64,000 bases of DNA from an uncultured cyanobacterium (GCA_963703315.1 OY969811.1:2720001-2784000); one strand, 5' to 3'. Counted from the stretch's first letter, positions 1-10,365 are shown. Notes: a model not told the origin generated them from the letters alone. Program-made: numbers and translations.

Positions 1-206
1 GCCCAGTCAAAGCCATTACCCAATAGCAAAAATGGTTTATCGCGTCGCCATAAATTCAGTAACCCTGCGATCGCAAAACAGAGTAATCCCATTTGCCATA
101 GCAATACCCAAGGGAAAGACACCATCTGGGTACTGCTATCGGGCAGTAATGTAAATAAGATATAGGCAGCAAAGCCTAACTGGACGATTAACCGACCTGT
201 ACTCAT
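1..206 (-). CDS. 5' part of a membrane protein, probably O-antigen ligase family; runs off the window start
   Basis: Manual translation from ATG at 206: MSTGRLIVQLGFAAYILFTLLPDSSTQMVSFPWVLLWQMGLLCFAIAGLLNLWRRDKPFLLLGNGFDW, open to base 1 and hydrophobic; resembles N-termini of cyanobacterial O-antigen ligase-like proteins (from memory). Confidence 0.55.
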   Translation of the reverse strand, partial: MSTGRLIVQLGFAAYILFTLLPDSSTQMVSFPWVLLWQMGLLCFAIAGLLNLWRRDKPFLLLGNGFDW

Positions 207-304
207 GAAAATAGTTAATAGTTCTGCGATTTAATTTGTTATGGCGCGTCTTTGCAGTGCCATAACAAATCTGGTTCCTTATTTTACTCATCTTTAACCA
301 AATG

Positions 305-419
305 TATAGCTGTAGTCAGTTATGTTAGGACAAAACCAAAACCCAAAAGAGAGTTGCGGCGCTTTGCGCCGCAACTCTCTTTTGGGTTTTATGTCTTAAC
401 TTGCTTGGCTATGGCTATA
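305..419. repeat. Nested palindromic intergenic element (TATAGC...GCTATA ends, GTTAGGACA layer, central GCGGCGC-nnn-GCGCCGC hairpin)
   Basis: Perfect arms aaaacccaaaagagagttgcggcgc / gcgccgcaactctcttttgggtttt at 338-390; related copies elsewhere in the window. Confidence 0.85.
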
Positions 420-525
420 TCAAAAAGATGAGTGACGGTGCTTTGCGGCGCAAAGCACCTTTCTGTGATAGTGCTAAAAACCATAAATAAAGATATTATG
501 GCGATCGCTTATATTGCCGTAGCTT

Positions 526-1692
526 ATGAATGAGGTTCCATCATTTTCTGATTCCAGTAAAAAGCTAGAATTTGAGGCGATTGTGACAGCAATGCTCTCA
601 AGTACTAGTCCAGAGGATCTATTAAAAATTTTTTTAACTAGTTTAGGGGAACATCTAGATGTTAGTCGTGCTGCAATCTATCAGTTTACTAGTCGATCAG
701 AAGGAATTGTTTTAGTCGAAGCGATCGCTCCCGATGTTCAGAGCATTAAAAATCAAAAATATCCAATTAGCTATTTTGGGATCGATGCGCTCCACAACTA
801 TCCTCATAATCGACCGATCATTTTGTCAGATATTGCCCAAATCACTGAGACTTTGATCGTCCATCAACGTTGGCAAAAAGCAGAGGTTAAAGCAATGATC
901 TCTGCACCAATTTTATTTGATTCATTAAATCCAGTTGATCAACTTTGGGGATTAGCCTTTGTGCAGAAATGCGATCGCCCAAAAGAATGGCAACCACAAG
1001 AAGCTGATTTTCTATTCAACTTAACTCAAGTTTTAGGTGGATGTTTACAGTCTTGGGAGTTAAAGTTGCGATCGCCCACAAATCAGAAAATTATTAAAAG
1101 CGAAGTAACGGATCAGGAGGAATTTATTGCTAAAAGAATAGAACTATCTGAGGATTTAGCAGCGATCGCTTCAGTACCACTAGATTTAATTTTAGAAGAT
1201 ATCGCCAGCAAAAGTAACTTTATCCTCTCTGATGATGAAGAGAATGAATTGCTAAATAGAATCTACATCAAGGATAGTGAAGATTCGATTAATCAGGCTA
1301 TTCATCTAGCAATGCAAAGACTGGATCAAAAAGTACAACAGATACCTAGTCCTTATGCTGGTTCTTTGATCGAAGTTGACGATGCTCAAAATATTTATGG
1401 TGTTGATCTAGAATCAAGCACCCTAGAAGATATTCTAGAAAATTGTACTCAAGATCAAGCCCAGTCAAAAGTTGAGTATTTACATCAAAGAGTTGGTGAA
1501 TTAGTCGAAAATTTACAACAAAGACTAGAAGAAATTGCTGTGCTTCAGAGCCAAATTCAGGAGTTAACGCGATCGCAACAAGAATTTCGTCAAATATTGC
1601 TAGATTTACAATCCGAAAACTTAACCCAAAATATTAGAGCAACAGTTGTGGAAATGTATCAATCGCTTTTGTCTAAGGATTCTGCGATTTGA
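526..1692 (+). CDS. GAF domain protein with C-terminal coiled coil
   Basis: 388 aa ORF; LDVSRAAIYQF...VLVEAIAP...LWGL...CDRPKEWQ is a typical cyanobacterial GAF; heptad-rich C-terminus. Confidence 0.8.
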   Translation: MNEVPSFSDSSKKLEFEAIVTAMLSSTSPEDLLKIFLTSLGEHLDVSRAAIYQFTSRSEGIVLVEAIAPDVQSIKNQKYPISYFGIDALHNYPHNRPIILSDIAQITETLIVHQRWQKAEVKAMISAPILFDSLNPVDQLWGLAFVQKCDRPKEWQPQEADFLFNLTQVLGGCLQSWELKLRSPTNQKIIKSEVTDQEEFIAKRIELSEDLAAIASVPLDLILEDIASKSNFILSDDEENELLNRIYIKDSEDSINQAIHLAMQRLDQKVQQIPSPYAGSLIEVDDAQNIYGVDLESSTLEDILENCTQDQAQSKVEYLHQRVGELVENLQQRLEEIAVLQSQIQELTRSQQEFRQILLDLQSENLTQNIRATVVEMYQSLLSKDSAI

Positions 1693-1714
1693 TTTTTGTT
1701 TAAGAAGTAAACTT

Positions 1715-1765
1715 AAAACCAGAGCTTGTGCCGCCCGCGTAGCGGGCGGCACAAGCTCTGGTTTT
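1715..1765. repeat. Palindromic intergenic repeat, probable bidirectional terminator
   Basis: aaaaccagagcttgtgccgcccgc-gta-gcgggcggcacaagctctggtttt between convergent genes. Confidence 0.8.
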
Positions 1766-1782
1766 GTTTTTTAGCTACTTAG

Positions 1783-1980
1783 TTAATCACGAGTTACAAC
1801 AGCTTCTACATGAGCAACTTGCTTTGTCAAATTGGTGCTTGTATCAACTTGGCTTTGTACTGCGGCGATCGCCCAACGTAATGGTTCACCATGTTTTGCT
1901 AGTTCCTGCTCAACGGTTTTCGCGATCGCCTCTTGATTCTCATTAATCTCAATTTCCGCATTAATAAAATGTGTAGTCAT
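1783..1980 (-). CDS. Small conserved cyanobacterial hypothetical protein (65 aa)
   Basis: MTTHFINAEIEI...GEPLRWAIAAV...AHVEAVVT; the upstream extension of the ORF lies in a repeat, so ATG at 1980 is chosen. Confidence 0.7.
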   Translation of the reverse strand: MTTHFINAEIEINENQEAIAKTVEQELAKHGEPLRWAIAAVQSQVDTSTNLTKQVAHVEAVVTRD

Positions 1981-2139
1981 GATGGTTCTGTCCCTATTAA
2001 CAAATATTTTGTTAATAGCTGGGCGTAAACCCCAAAACCTGTGGCACATCTGCGCCACAGGTTTTGGCTTTGGTTTTTAATTATGTCCAGCTACTTAAGT
2101 AGGATTGTATAGCAATCCTATTGCCTTCCCACTAAAAAT

Positions 2140-2290
2140 TAGGACTTACGCAAACCAACCAAGAACTAAAGTTCTTGGCTCAAAGCTAAAGTCAGCTAAA
2201 GCGGACTAAAAAGCGCCCTCCGATCAACCCGTTTCAACGGGTTTAAGCTTTCAGCCCGTAATTTATTACAGGGCTATTGCGTAAGTCCTA
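2140..2290. mobile_element. MITE, 151 bp, TIR TAGGACTTACGCA, copy 1
   Basis: Ends taggacttacgca / tgcgtaagtccta; near-identical second copy at 34038-34187; three internal hairpins. Confidence 0.85.
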
Positions 2291-2344
2291 AAAATAATAG
2301 GTATAGCGTGGCTAAGCCGCACTATACCTATTATTTTTAGTTTA

Positions 2345-4459
2345 TTAAGCAGCAACAGCAACAGGACTATCGAGCTTCTTCAATTGCTGAACTAGTAAGC
2401 TGAGGAATAGACCAACATCAGTAACTACGCCAACGGACTCAACTGACCCACGATCTGAGAGTTTGGTCACCACCGCAGGATTGATATCCACACAAACCAT
2501 CTTCACACCTGCGGGAGTCATGTTACCCACACCGATAGAATGCAGCATGGACGACAGCATCAAAATCATGTCAGCGCCGCGAATTTGTTCACTGTATAGG
2601 CGTTGTGCTTCCAATAAATCCATTACAGTGTCAGGCAAAGGTCCATCATCACGAATGGAACCAGCAAGGACAAAGGGAATATCATTCTTAACACATTCGT
2701 ACATTACACCAGTCTTCACAAAACCAGCTTCAACTGCTTTGTGGATGCTGCCATAGCGACGCACTGAATTAATCACTTTTAGGTGATGGCGATGTCCACC
2801 TTTGACGCTGATACCACGCTTGAGATCGACACCGAGGGAAGTTCCCATTGAAGACTGTTCCATGTCGTGAACGGCGATCGCATTACCACCAAGCATCGAC
2901 TGCACATAGCCTTCACGAATCAAGTAAGCTAAATGAGGCGCACCGCCAGTATGCACAACTACGGGACCACAGGAGACAACTAACTTGCCGCCGCGATCGC
3001 GAATTTGGCGAAGTTCCCATGCGATTTGCTCGACCACGAGTTCGACGCGACGTTCGCTAGATACACCAGCACCCATGAAGGAAAATTCTTCTTTCTTGAC
3101 ATTATCTCGTGCCTCAGGTTTACGCACAGTCCGCACACCATCGTAACCAACTACCACGCGATCGCCAACAACGAGATCACGTAAAAGCTTGCAGGTAGCA
3201 GTTTTGCCATCGGGACTAATGGCGATCGCGGCATCCATACGCTGATTAGTACAACGAATCCACTCGCCATCCACACAGGCATCGGTAGGATAAATTGTGG
3301 ATACATAGAAGTCATCGGGAGCGACTCCATCTTGCAAGACTGGCTCAAGATTGGCAGCACAAGTATCACGATCTTGTAATACTGCACCAATCTCAATCAG
3401 TTCACCCATGATTGTTTCCATGAGGTCATGGGATGGAGCCGAAATCCGAATCCGTGCTAAAGATGTACTTTGTCTCTGCTCACCAAGATTAAACTCTAAT
3501 ACTTGGAAACTACCACCGTTATCGGTTACCAAATCAAGAGCGCGATTAATAATGCCAGAATCAAGCAAATGTCCTGTTAATTCGACAATTCTTGCTTCGA
3601 CTCCACCTAGCTCAATAGCTTGATCGCTTTCTGCGGCAATAGGAACTTCAATGGTTCTTAGAGTTAAGCATTTTGCTGCGCCACCTGCTTTTAGGAACTC
3701 AGTTAAAGGAGTTTCAATTACATTAAAACCCGCATTAGTAATGCGTTGTTTTAAGCGATCGCTGATTTTGTTCATCACCACATTGCGATCGACGTTGACC
3801 GCATTACAGGCAAAATTCACCGCATCGGCTTCTTCAATGGCAATGCGCTTTTCCGCAGGAACCCGCATCTCAATCAAGCGATTAGAATAGGAATCAAAGG
3901 CAGGTGGATAGTAGAGTAAATAGCCGCCTGTTAAAGGACAGAAACAGGTGTCGAGGTGATAAAAGCGATTGTCAATTAAGCGTAGTGAGAGAACTTCAAC
4001 ATCTAACCATTTAGCCAAATAGGGATGGGCATCCAACTCAGAACGGAAGCCATAGCCTGCCCATAGCCAACCGCCACTGCGATCGAATAAAGCGTCACCC
4101 GCACCTTCAAAGGGTAAATCCTTGGGTAGTTCATACACTGTAAAGCCCTTCGACTCAAACCATGCTTTGAAATATGGCTCTTCACCCTGACGTTCTTTGT
4201 GTAAAAAACGGCTCAATACAGCTTTGTCGCCTAATACCAATCCAGCATTAGCAGTAAATACCATGTCTGGCCAGCCCTTTGCAGGTGTCACTAGTTCAAC
4301 ATTGACTAAACCCTTAAGGACTCCATACAGTTTTTGCCATTGCTCGACAGCGCGATCGCGGCTTGATTTGTGAACGTTGCCCTCCATCCAAGGATTGATC
4401 ACATAGTCTACGTCGTAGTGATCGGGGGCGCACATCAGATAATTCAGTTGGGCAGTCAT
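2345..4459 (-). CDS. argZ: Arginine dihydrolase ArgZ/AgrE (amidinotransferase-fold domain plus LOR/ornithine cyclodeaminase-like C-terminal domain)
   Basis: YLMCAPDHYDVDYVINPWM, DMVFTAN, FEGAGD, FYHLDTCF, GGAAKCLTL catalytic motifs followed by a TIGR00300-type C-terminus; start at MTAQLNY. Confidence 0.92.
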   Translation of the reverse strand: MTAQLNYLMCAPDHYDVDYVINPWMEGNVHKSSRDRAVEQWQKLYGVLKGLVNVELVTPAKGWPDMVFTANAGLVLGDKAVLSRFLHKERQGEEPYFKAWFESKGFTVYELPKDLPFEGAGDALFDRSGGWLWAGYGFRSELDAHPYLAKWLDVEVLSLRLIDNRFYHLDTCFCPLTGGYLLYYPPAFDSYSNRLIEMRVPAEKRIAIEEADAVNFACNAVNVDRNVVMNKISDRLKQRITNAGFNVIETPLTEFLKAGGAAKCLTLRTIEVPIAAESDQAIELGGVEARIVELTGHLLDSGIINRALDLVTDNGGSFQVLEFNLGEQRQSTSLARIRISAPSHDLMETIMGELIEIGAVLQDRDTCAANLEPVLQDGVAPDDFYVSTIYPTDACVDGEWIRCTNQRMDAAIAISPDGKTATCKLLRDLVVGDRVVVGYDGVRTVRKPEARDNVKKEEFSFMGAGVSSERRVELVVEQIAWELRQIRDRGGKLVVSCGPVVVHTGGAPHLAYLIREGYVQSMLGGNAIAVHDMEQSSMGTSLGVDLKRGISVKGGHRHHLKVINSVRRYGSIHKAVEAGFVKTGVMYECVKNDIPFVLAGSIRDDGPLPDTVMDLLEAQRLYSEQIRGADMILMLSSMLHSIGVGNMTPAGVKMVCVDINPAVVTKLSDRGSVESVGVVTDVGLFLSLLVQQLKKLDSPVAVAA

Positions 4460-4663
4460 AAATAAGATTAAATAATTAGGAGAGAACGCAAAATTTGGTA
4501 CATCCATACTGGCAGCCACCAAAACTTGCCAAACAATTGTTAAGCTGCCAATCTCTAATCATACCGAATGCTTCATGCTGTAATCCCTTGCAAAAGTTAT
4601 CGTCTCTTGATAATTGTCACTCCTCACTGTTGGGAAATGTCTTAAAAAATTTTCTAAAAACCC

Positions 4664-4692
4664 TTGCAAATATAGATGAATTGGTATAGATT
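4664..4692 (+). promoter_or_regulatory. Sigma70-type promoter driving the riboswitch-like RNA
   Basis: TTGCAA (4664-4669), 17 nt spacer, TAGATT (4687-4692). Confidence 0.5.
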
Positions 4693-4732
4693 ACTAGCAG
4701 ACCCATCCTATTCCCCCCCGTGTGGGTCTAGT

Positions 4733-4835
4733 ATCCCCGAAATGGCAATTACTTCCGAAAGGGGTAAGCGCAAATCAGTAGACCTAGAGCTATCCGCTAC
4801 ACATACGGTATGGTGGCTACTGATGCCGAAGGGAT
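4733..4835 (+). ncRNA. c-di-GMP-I (GEMM) riboswitch aptamer
   Basis: GGCAA-tacttcc-GAAA-ggggta-agc-GCAAA-tcagtag-ACCTAGAG...TATGGT-gg-ctactga-TGCCGAA: P2 with GNRA loop, GCAAA junction, tetraloop-receptor-like CCTAGAG/TATGG, P3 and closing atccc/gggat match the GEMM architecture. Confidence 0.8.
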
Positions 4836-4858
4836 ATTTTGTATTCTTACAACTAAAT

Positions 4859-4894
4859 AAAAAAGAAAGCTCGCATTGCGAGCCTTCTTTTTTT
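4859..4894. terminator. Bidirectional intrinsic terminator (riboswitch RNA and moaA)
   Basis: aaaaaagaaagctcgc-att-gcgagccttcttttttt: hairpin with A-tract and T-tract. Confidence 0.75.
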
Positions 4895-4923
4895 GTAGCA
4901 AAGTTTCGCACAGCGAATCCTTA

Positions 4924-5907
4924 TTAGCCGCCAATTTGTGACATGGTACGAAAATAGCTTTTTTGATCACCTATGCCGCGATCGCGTTCTTTAAAATTAA
5001 TTTCGTCTTTGAGATTTAGCAAATCCCTAACCGCTATCCGTAACTCCGCAAAACTTTTGTCTTGACGCAGTAATGTCTTGAGATTAATTTGTCCAGACTC
5101 ATTTAATAGGCAAGGGCGCAGCAAGCCATCTGCCGATAAACGCATCCGATTACAGCGATCGCAAAAACACTCCGACATTTGACTAATAAACCCTAAAGTC
5201 CCCTTGGCATTAGGAATCTGAAATACATCGGCGGGACCATTACCTTTGCAATTGCTAGCTTGTAAGCCATAGCGATCTCCTATGTGTTGGCGTAGGGTTG
5301 CCGAGTCCACCCAACCTTTATGGGTAAACAAACTGTCATTACCAATTGGCATAAATTCAATAAACCTGATATGCCAACGGCGATCGATGCTGAGGGCAGC
5401 TAAATCTAATATTTCGCGATCGTTTACATCTGGCACAACCACCACATTTAACTTCAGAGGATCAAACCCCACCTCGTAAGCCGCTAAAATTCCCGCCCAT
5501 ACTTTTTCCCAGAGATTACGCCCTGTAATTTGCCGAAACACATCGCGATCGAGGGAGTCAAGACTGATATTAATACGCCGTAAACCTGCCTCGTATAAAG
5601 GCTTTGCTAAATCATCTAGCAAAAAACCATTAGTCGTCATTGATAAATCTGTGACCCCTTGTAAATTGGCGATCGCCTCTACTAAGCTCACCAAATCCCG
5701 CCGCAATAAAGGCTCGCCCCCTGTCAACCGAAACTTTTTAAAACCCAGTGGAATAAATACCTCTTTTAATAGGGTAATTAGTTCGGTATTGGTGAGACTC
5801 TCCTGAGCCTGAATATAATTGACTTCTGAGCCTTCGGGCATACAGTAAGTGCAGCGAAAATTGCAGCGATCGATCAAACTGATGCGAAGGTAGTCAACAG
5901 TATTCAC
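4924..5907 (-). CDS. moaA: GTP 3',8-cyclase MoaA
   Basis: [17 protein letters not shown] radical-SAM motif, C-terminal [14 protein letters not shown] cluster motif, ends MSQIGG. Confidence 0.96.
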   Translation of the reverse strand: MNTVDYLRISLIDRCNFRCTYCMPEGSEVNYIQAQESLTNTELITLLKEVFIPLGFKKFRLTGGEPLLRRDLVSLVEAIANLQGVTDLSMTTNGFLLDDLAKPLYEAGLRRINISLDSLDRDVFRQITGRNLWEKVWAGILAAYEVGFDPLKLNVVVVPDVNDREILDLAALSIDRRWHIRFIEFMPIGNDSLFTHKGWVDSATLRQHIGDRYGLQASNCKGNGPADVFQIPNAKGTLGFISQMSECFCDRCNRMRLSADGLLRPCLLNESGQINLKTLLRQDKSFAELRIAVRDLLNLKDEINFKERDRGIGDQKSYFRTMSQIGG

Positions 5908-6077
5908 AGATTTTTTCCCTTATGACGTTCATGGCAGAAAGTGGATTATGTCACCGAGTGGTTACAATCACTTTTCTCAGTTTTAAGTTGTAGCGTAAAG
6001 CACTATAACTAATTTTCTGAGTTTTGATTTGTCCTAGCTATATGATAGAAAAATAATTGATCAAGATGTGTTAAACC

Positions 6078-6998
6078 ATGACCTTACAGTACGCCTATAT
6101 ACGCGGAGCATTTGTCCCTCTCGAAGATGCCACAATTAATGTCCGCACCCATGCATTTCTATATGGTACGGCTGTTTTTGAAGGGATTAAGGCGTATTGG
6201 CTACCTGAAGAAAATCGCCTTGCAGCGTTTCGTCTAAAAGAGCATTATCAACGCTTAATCCAAAGCTGTCGTATTATCGGGCTGCAACCTCCTCTAGATG
6301 TTGACGCAATGATAAACCTGACTACAGAGTTATTACAGCGCAATCAATGCAATTCAGCCACTTATCTGCGTCCGATTATTTACAAATCTGATCTCCGTAT
6401 TGGACCGATTCTCAAAGTTCCCCACACCCACGATGATTTCTGTTTGTTCAGCTTACCGATGGATGGCTACCTCGATACTAACAATGGCATCAAAGTCGGT
6501 GTATCTTCATGGCGACGTTTAGATGACAATGCAATTCCTGCTAGAGCCAAAGTGAATGGTGCTTATGTAAATACGGCTCTTGCAAAAACCGATGGCTATG
6601 CTTCTGGTTTCGATGATGTGATTGTCTTGACCAATGACGGTCATGTTGCAGAAGGAAGCGCGATGAATCTCTTTTTAGTAAGAGATGGAAAACTGATCAC
6701 TAGTTCAGTTACTGACAATATTCTCGAAGGAATCACCCGTAATTCAATTGTTGAGCTAGCCGCAAAAGAATTGGGAGTCGAAACGGTATCTCGCACTATT
6801 GACCGCACTGAGCTATATATTGCTGATGAAGCATTTTTTGTAGGTACTGCTGCTGAAGTTACACCCATTGTGAGTGTCGATCATCGTCCTGTTGGTGATG
6901 GACTAGTTGGAGAAATCACAGGCAAACTCCGTGACTTATACAGCAAAACCGTTCAAGGTCTCTTGCCCGATTATCACCACTGGCTAACTAAAGTCTAA
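6078..6998 (+). CDS. ilvE: Branched-chain amino acid aminotransferase (class IV PLP)
   Basis: HAFLYGTAVFEGIKAY, AKVNGAY, EGSAMNLF, ILEGITR, ADEAFFVGTAAEV. Confidence 0.92.
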   Translation: MTLQYAYIRGAFVPLEDATINVRTHAFLYGTAVFEGIKAYWLPEENRLAAFRLKEHYQRLIQSCRIIGLQPPLDVDAMINLTTELLQRNQCNSATYLRPIIYKSDLRIGPILKVPHTHDDFCLFSLPMDGYLDTNNGIKVGVSSWRRLDDNAIPARAKVNGAYVNTALAKTDGYASGFDDVIVLTNDGHVAEGSAMNLFLVRDGKLITSSVTDNILEGITRNSIVELAAKELGVETVSRTIDRTELYIADEAFFVGTAAEVTPIVSVDHRPVGDGLVGEITGKLRDLYSKTVQGLLPDYHHWLTKV

Positions 6999-7090
6999 TA
7001 CCAAAGCTAAAAATGGCGTTGCCATTTTTAGCTTTGAAAAACCTTACTGGGTTTAGTTTTTAATTGCCAAGAGTTAGTTAGTACAAACAC

Positions 7091-7143
7091 AAAACCAGAA
7101 AGAGAGTTGCAGCGCTCCGCGCCGCAACTCTCTTTCTGGTTTT
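7091..7143. repeat. Palindromic intergenic repeat (same family as 305-419)
   Basis: aaaaccagaaagagagttgcagcgc-tcc-gcgccgcaactctctttctggtttt. Confidence 0.8.
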
Positions 7144-7248
7144 GTATCCTAAGCAAAACTTTTTTTGCTATAACTCATGTTCGTGTTTTGTTCTCTGCTA
7201 ATTACTTGCGGGGAACAAAACCTAGAAATAATTCAGTTTGCAAACATT

Positions 7249-8160
7249 CTACAAACATTTCCATCCCCAATCTTTAATTCGTTCAGTTGCGCGTTCAGCA
7301 TTTAAAGTAGCAAGATAATTGGGTGGTTCCCATGGATGAATTAGATTCTTACTTGGAGATTCAAGTATTGGTCTCCAGAAGCTCTTCCAGATTCGGAATA
7401 TAGTATATCCATTTGATTCTAAAAAATCAGTTAATGGACTGGGGTAACTGTTATGTTCTTCAAATATGATATCGCGAACGTGATGTTTACAAATTAAATT
7501 TCCAGCACCTTGCAAAACTTCTAGTTCATGTCCTTCTACATCAATTTTTAATACCCCTACATTATTTTTTTCTTTTTCTAAAAAGTTGTCTAACCGCTCA
7601 ATGTTAACAACACAAGCCTCCTTACTATTAGCTTGAATATTCACGACTTTTTGACTTGTATCAATAAAGACTTCACCTCTATTTTTAGGTGTTAAATTTA
7701 AAACTCCATTACCAGAGTAATTGGAAAGAGCAATCTGTTGAGGACTAATGTTGTCATATCCTTTAATTTTCCAGCTTTCTATATTAATGGTCAGTTCTTT
7801 ATAAACTTCTGGATTGGGTTCAAAACACCATACTCTACCTGTTTTACCAACTTTTACAGACATAATACTGGTGACATAACCAATATTTGCCCCAATGTCT
7901 ATAGCAGTTTCACCTATTTCAATTAATCTCCAAATTACCTCAGTTAAAACTAAATCATAAATTCCATATATTGAAATTGCTTTTAAAAGAGAGTCATTTG
8001 TAAATATTGGTATTTTTATCGACAATTGCCAAGGTAAAATAATTTCTTGAAACTTATTGGTTGAACTAGAATTTCGTCCAAATAATCTGTGATAGATTTG
8101 CCACGGTCTAAAGATATATTCTGGTCTATTGATGTAGTGCTTTAGATTTTGAATTTTCAT
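7249..8160 (-). CDS. FkbM family methyltransferase
   Basis: IDIGANIG, FEPNP, IALSN, LKIDVEGHELEVLQG motifs; AT-rich. Confidence 0.9.
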   Translation of the reverse strand: MKIQNLKHYINRPEYIFRPWQIYHRLFGRNSSSTNKFQEIILPWQLSIKIPIFTNDSLLKAISIYGIYDLVLTEVIWRLIEIGETAIDIGANIGYVTSIMSVKVGKTGRVWCFEPNPEVYKELTINIESWKIKGYDNISPQQIALSNYSGNGVLNLTPKNRGEVFIDTSQKVVNIQANSKEACVVNIERLDNFLEKEKNNVGVLKIDVEGHELEVLQGAGNLICKHHVRDIIFEEHNSYPSPLTDFLESNGYTIFRIWKSFWRPILESPSKNLIHPWEPPNYLATLNAERATERIKDWGWKCL

Positions 8161-8191
8161 TAATGTGAGTTCGGGTTAAGAAATAGGGTAT

Positions 8192-8281
8192 ATAGCATTT
8201 TTCAAGCAAGCGAGGTATAGAGAATTGGTTCACCGCCTTTGGCGGTAAACCAATTCTCTATACCAGATGCTAAAGCGCTAT
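8192..8281. repeat. TATAGC-ended palindromic element, related to 22720-22813
   Basis: atagcatttttcaagcaagcgagg...ccgcctttggcgg...gcgctat; the reverse complement of the same arm (ctcgcttgcttgaaaagcgctata) is at 22791-22814. Confidence 0.7.
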
Positions 8282-8392
8282 GTTAGTAAATATAAATAAT
8301 GATGGCGTGTAGCGCCATCAATTTTGTAATGAAGCAGATGATTGAGATACACTTGTAGACTGTTATTGATTAAAAATAATAAGCAAAGCTTT

Positions 8393-8524
8393 ATGTCAGA
8401 GGTTGTTCTTTTAAACTCTTTTTTCTGGATTGCCGTACTACTACTAGCACTAGCCACAGGTGGTATCGGTTATCTCACTTATTTAGAATGGCAAGATCGT
8501 CGCCGTCGTGGAGGAAAAAGTTAA
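8393..8524 (+). CDS. Small single-TM cyanobacterial protein (43 aa)
   Basis: [41 protein letters not shown] helix plus a TGG-x-YLT-x-EW-x-DRR pattern recalled from small conserved cyanobacterial proteins. Confidence 0.6.
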   Translation: MSEVVLLNSFFWIAVLLLALATGGIGYLTYLEWQDRRRRGGKS

Positions 8525-10172
8525 ACCATTCATACATCCGATCCACTAACCAAGGATTGTGCCAAGCTAGACCGAGATTAATCGTTTCTGCAAAACTAGT
8601 AGGCAAATCTGAGTCGTTGATTGCTATGCAAAATTTAAAACTCGTGACCTGCTCCCACTGTTTTAAATGCTTGAATACCCGTACGATCGCCTGACGATAA
8701 GGATGATTGGGTTGTGAGTACCAATCATCCGAAGTTTCGTTGGAGAGATCAAAGCCTAGATGCACAATTGTCAGCTTCTTAATAGCATTTCCATCGGCAT
8801 TGTCTGGGTCTTGAGTATCAGCATTCGCAAATAAACTGGCAAATTCTGTAGATGTTTCTTCTTGCAACAGCAAATCATTATTTGCAGCCACTTCTCGCAA
8901 TTGATCAAGACATTCAGGAGACTGCTGATCTGTCCAACGAATGCCGAGGGTTACGAGTTTAGTTTTTAAAAGCAAATGTCCAAGTTTTTCGGCTTTGGTT
9001 TCTAAATAGCGAAAATTATGTTCATTGGTTTCGATTAGTAGTGGCAAGCGTCCAACTATTTCGATATCAAAGCCCTTTAGTCCCGCCAGTTTACGAGGAT
9101 TGTTCGTAATCAAGCGCATCTTTTTAATGCCTAGATCATGCAGAATTTGCGCTCCAACCCCGTATGTACGCAGATCTGCGCCAAATCCTAGCTTTTCGTT
9201 AGCTTCAACGGTATCTAAGCCGCCATCTTGGAGGCAATAGGCTTTAATTTTGTTAATTAAGCCAATGCCGCGACCTTCTTGGCGCAAATAGACGACGACA
9301 CCCCAATTAGCAAACTCGATCATTTTCAAGGCACTTTGCAATTGTCCACGACAATCACAACGTAATGATCCTAGAGCATCACCTGTAAGGCATTCAGAAT
9401 GGACACGTACTAAGACTTCATGGTTCGCAAATTCGTTGAGGTTACCTTTGACGATCGCTAGATGTTCAGTATCGTCCAATGTATTGCGATAGGCATAGAC
9501 GCGAAAATCACCAAATAAGGATGGCAACTTGGCGATCGCCTCTCTCTTGACAAAGCGATCGTGCGCCAGACGATAGCTAATTAAGTCAGCAATGCTGATT
9601 AATTTTAGATTATGTAACTTGGCATATTCGATTAGTTCAGGCAGCCTTGCCATCGAGCCGTCATCATTCTGGATTTCGCAGATCACACCTGCGGGATACA
9701 GTCCTGACATTTGCGCCAAGTCTACCGCCGCCTCAGTATGTCCTGCACGCTTGAGTACACCACCATCCTTTGCCCTAAGGGGAAAGACATGACCAGGGCG
9801 ACGAAGATCGTTGGGGCGCGTATGGGGATTAATTGCCGCTTGAATTGTCCGCGATCGATCCTCTGCCGAAATACCTGTGGATGTCCCTTCTACGGCATCA
9901 ATGCTGACCGTGAAGGCAGTTTGTTGACTATCAGTATTGCGATCGACCATCAGTGGTAAATCTAAGGCATCAAGGCGATCGCCTGTCATTGCAAGGCAAA
10001 TTAAGCCCCTTGCCTTGACCGCCATAAAATTCACCATTTCAGGAGTGGCAAATTGGGCTGCACCAATCAGATCGCCTTCATTCTCACGGTTTTCATCATC
10101 GACAACGACAATGAGACGACCAGATTGGAGATCGTTAAGGGCATCGGGAATAGAGTCAAATTGAAATGTCAA
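8475..10172 (-). CDS. ribBA: Bifunctional DHBP synthase / GTP cyclohydrolase II with cyanobacterial C-terminal extension
   Basis: [30 protein letters not shown]...[18 protein letters not shown]. Confidence 0.96.
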   Translation of the reverse strand: MTFQFDSIPDALNDLQSGRLIVVVDDENRENEGDLIGAAQFATPEMVNFMAVKARGLICLAMTGDRLDALDLPLMVDRNTDSQQTAFTVSIDAVEGTSTGISAEDRSRTIQAAINPHTRPNDLRRPGHVFPLRAKDGGVLKRAGHTEAAVDLAQMSGLYPAGVICEIQNDDGSMARLPELIEYAKLHNLKLISIADLISYRLAHDRFVKREAIAKLPSLFGDFRVYAYRNTLDDTEHLAIVKGNLNEFANHEVLVRVHSECLTGDALGSLRCDCRGQLQSALKMIEFANWGVVVYLRQEGRGIGLINKIKAYCLQDGGLDTVEANEKLGFGADLRTYGVGAQILHDLGIKKMRLITNNPRKLAGLKGFDIEIVGRLPLLIETNEHNFRYLETKAEKLGHLLLKTKLVTLGIRWTDQQSPECLDQLREVAANNDLLLQEETSTEFASLFANADTQDPDNADGNAIKKLTIVHLGFDLSNETSDDWYSQPNHPYRQAIVRVFKHLKQWEQVTSFKFCIAINDSDLPTSFAETINLGLAWHNPWLVDRMYEWFNFFLHDGDDLAILNK

Positions 10173-10365
10173 GGCTTACTATCAGGGATTCAAGCTGTTT
10201 ATATCTATCATATAACAATCTCTATAGAGCTAATACCAAAGCCCAAAATGGCTATGCCATTTTGGGCTTTGGTATTTATAGCTGTTGCCATTTGTATACC
10301 CAAGAAGCGTCACTACTCGTCTTCTGATTTTGTGTCCGAACAAGACTGGTGACCGCTATAGTGAG

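Noticed and set aside
4676..4927. ORFs of 83 aa (+) and 67 aa (-) across the riboswitch
   Set aside because: They overlap a structured RNA, promoter and terminator and have no protein-like motif; likely spurious.
5908..6000. Moco riboswitch upstream of moaA
   Set aside because: No recognisable Moco-motif conserved segments seen.
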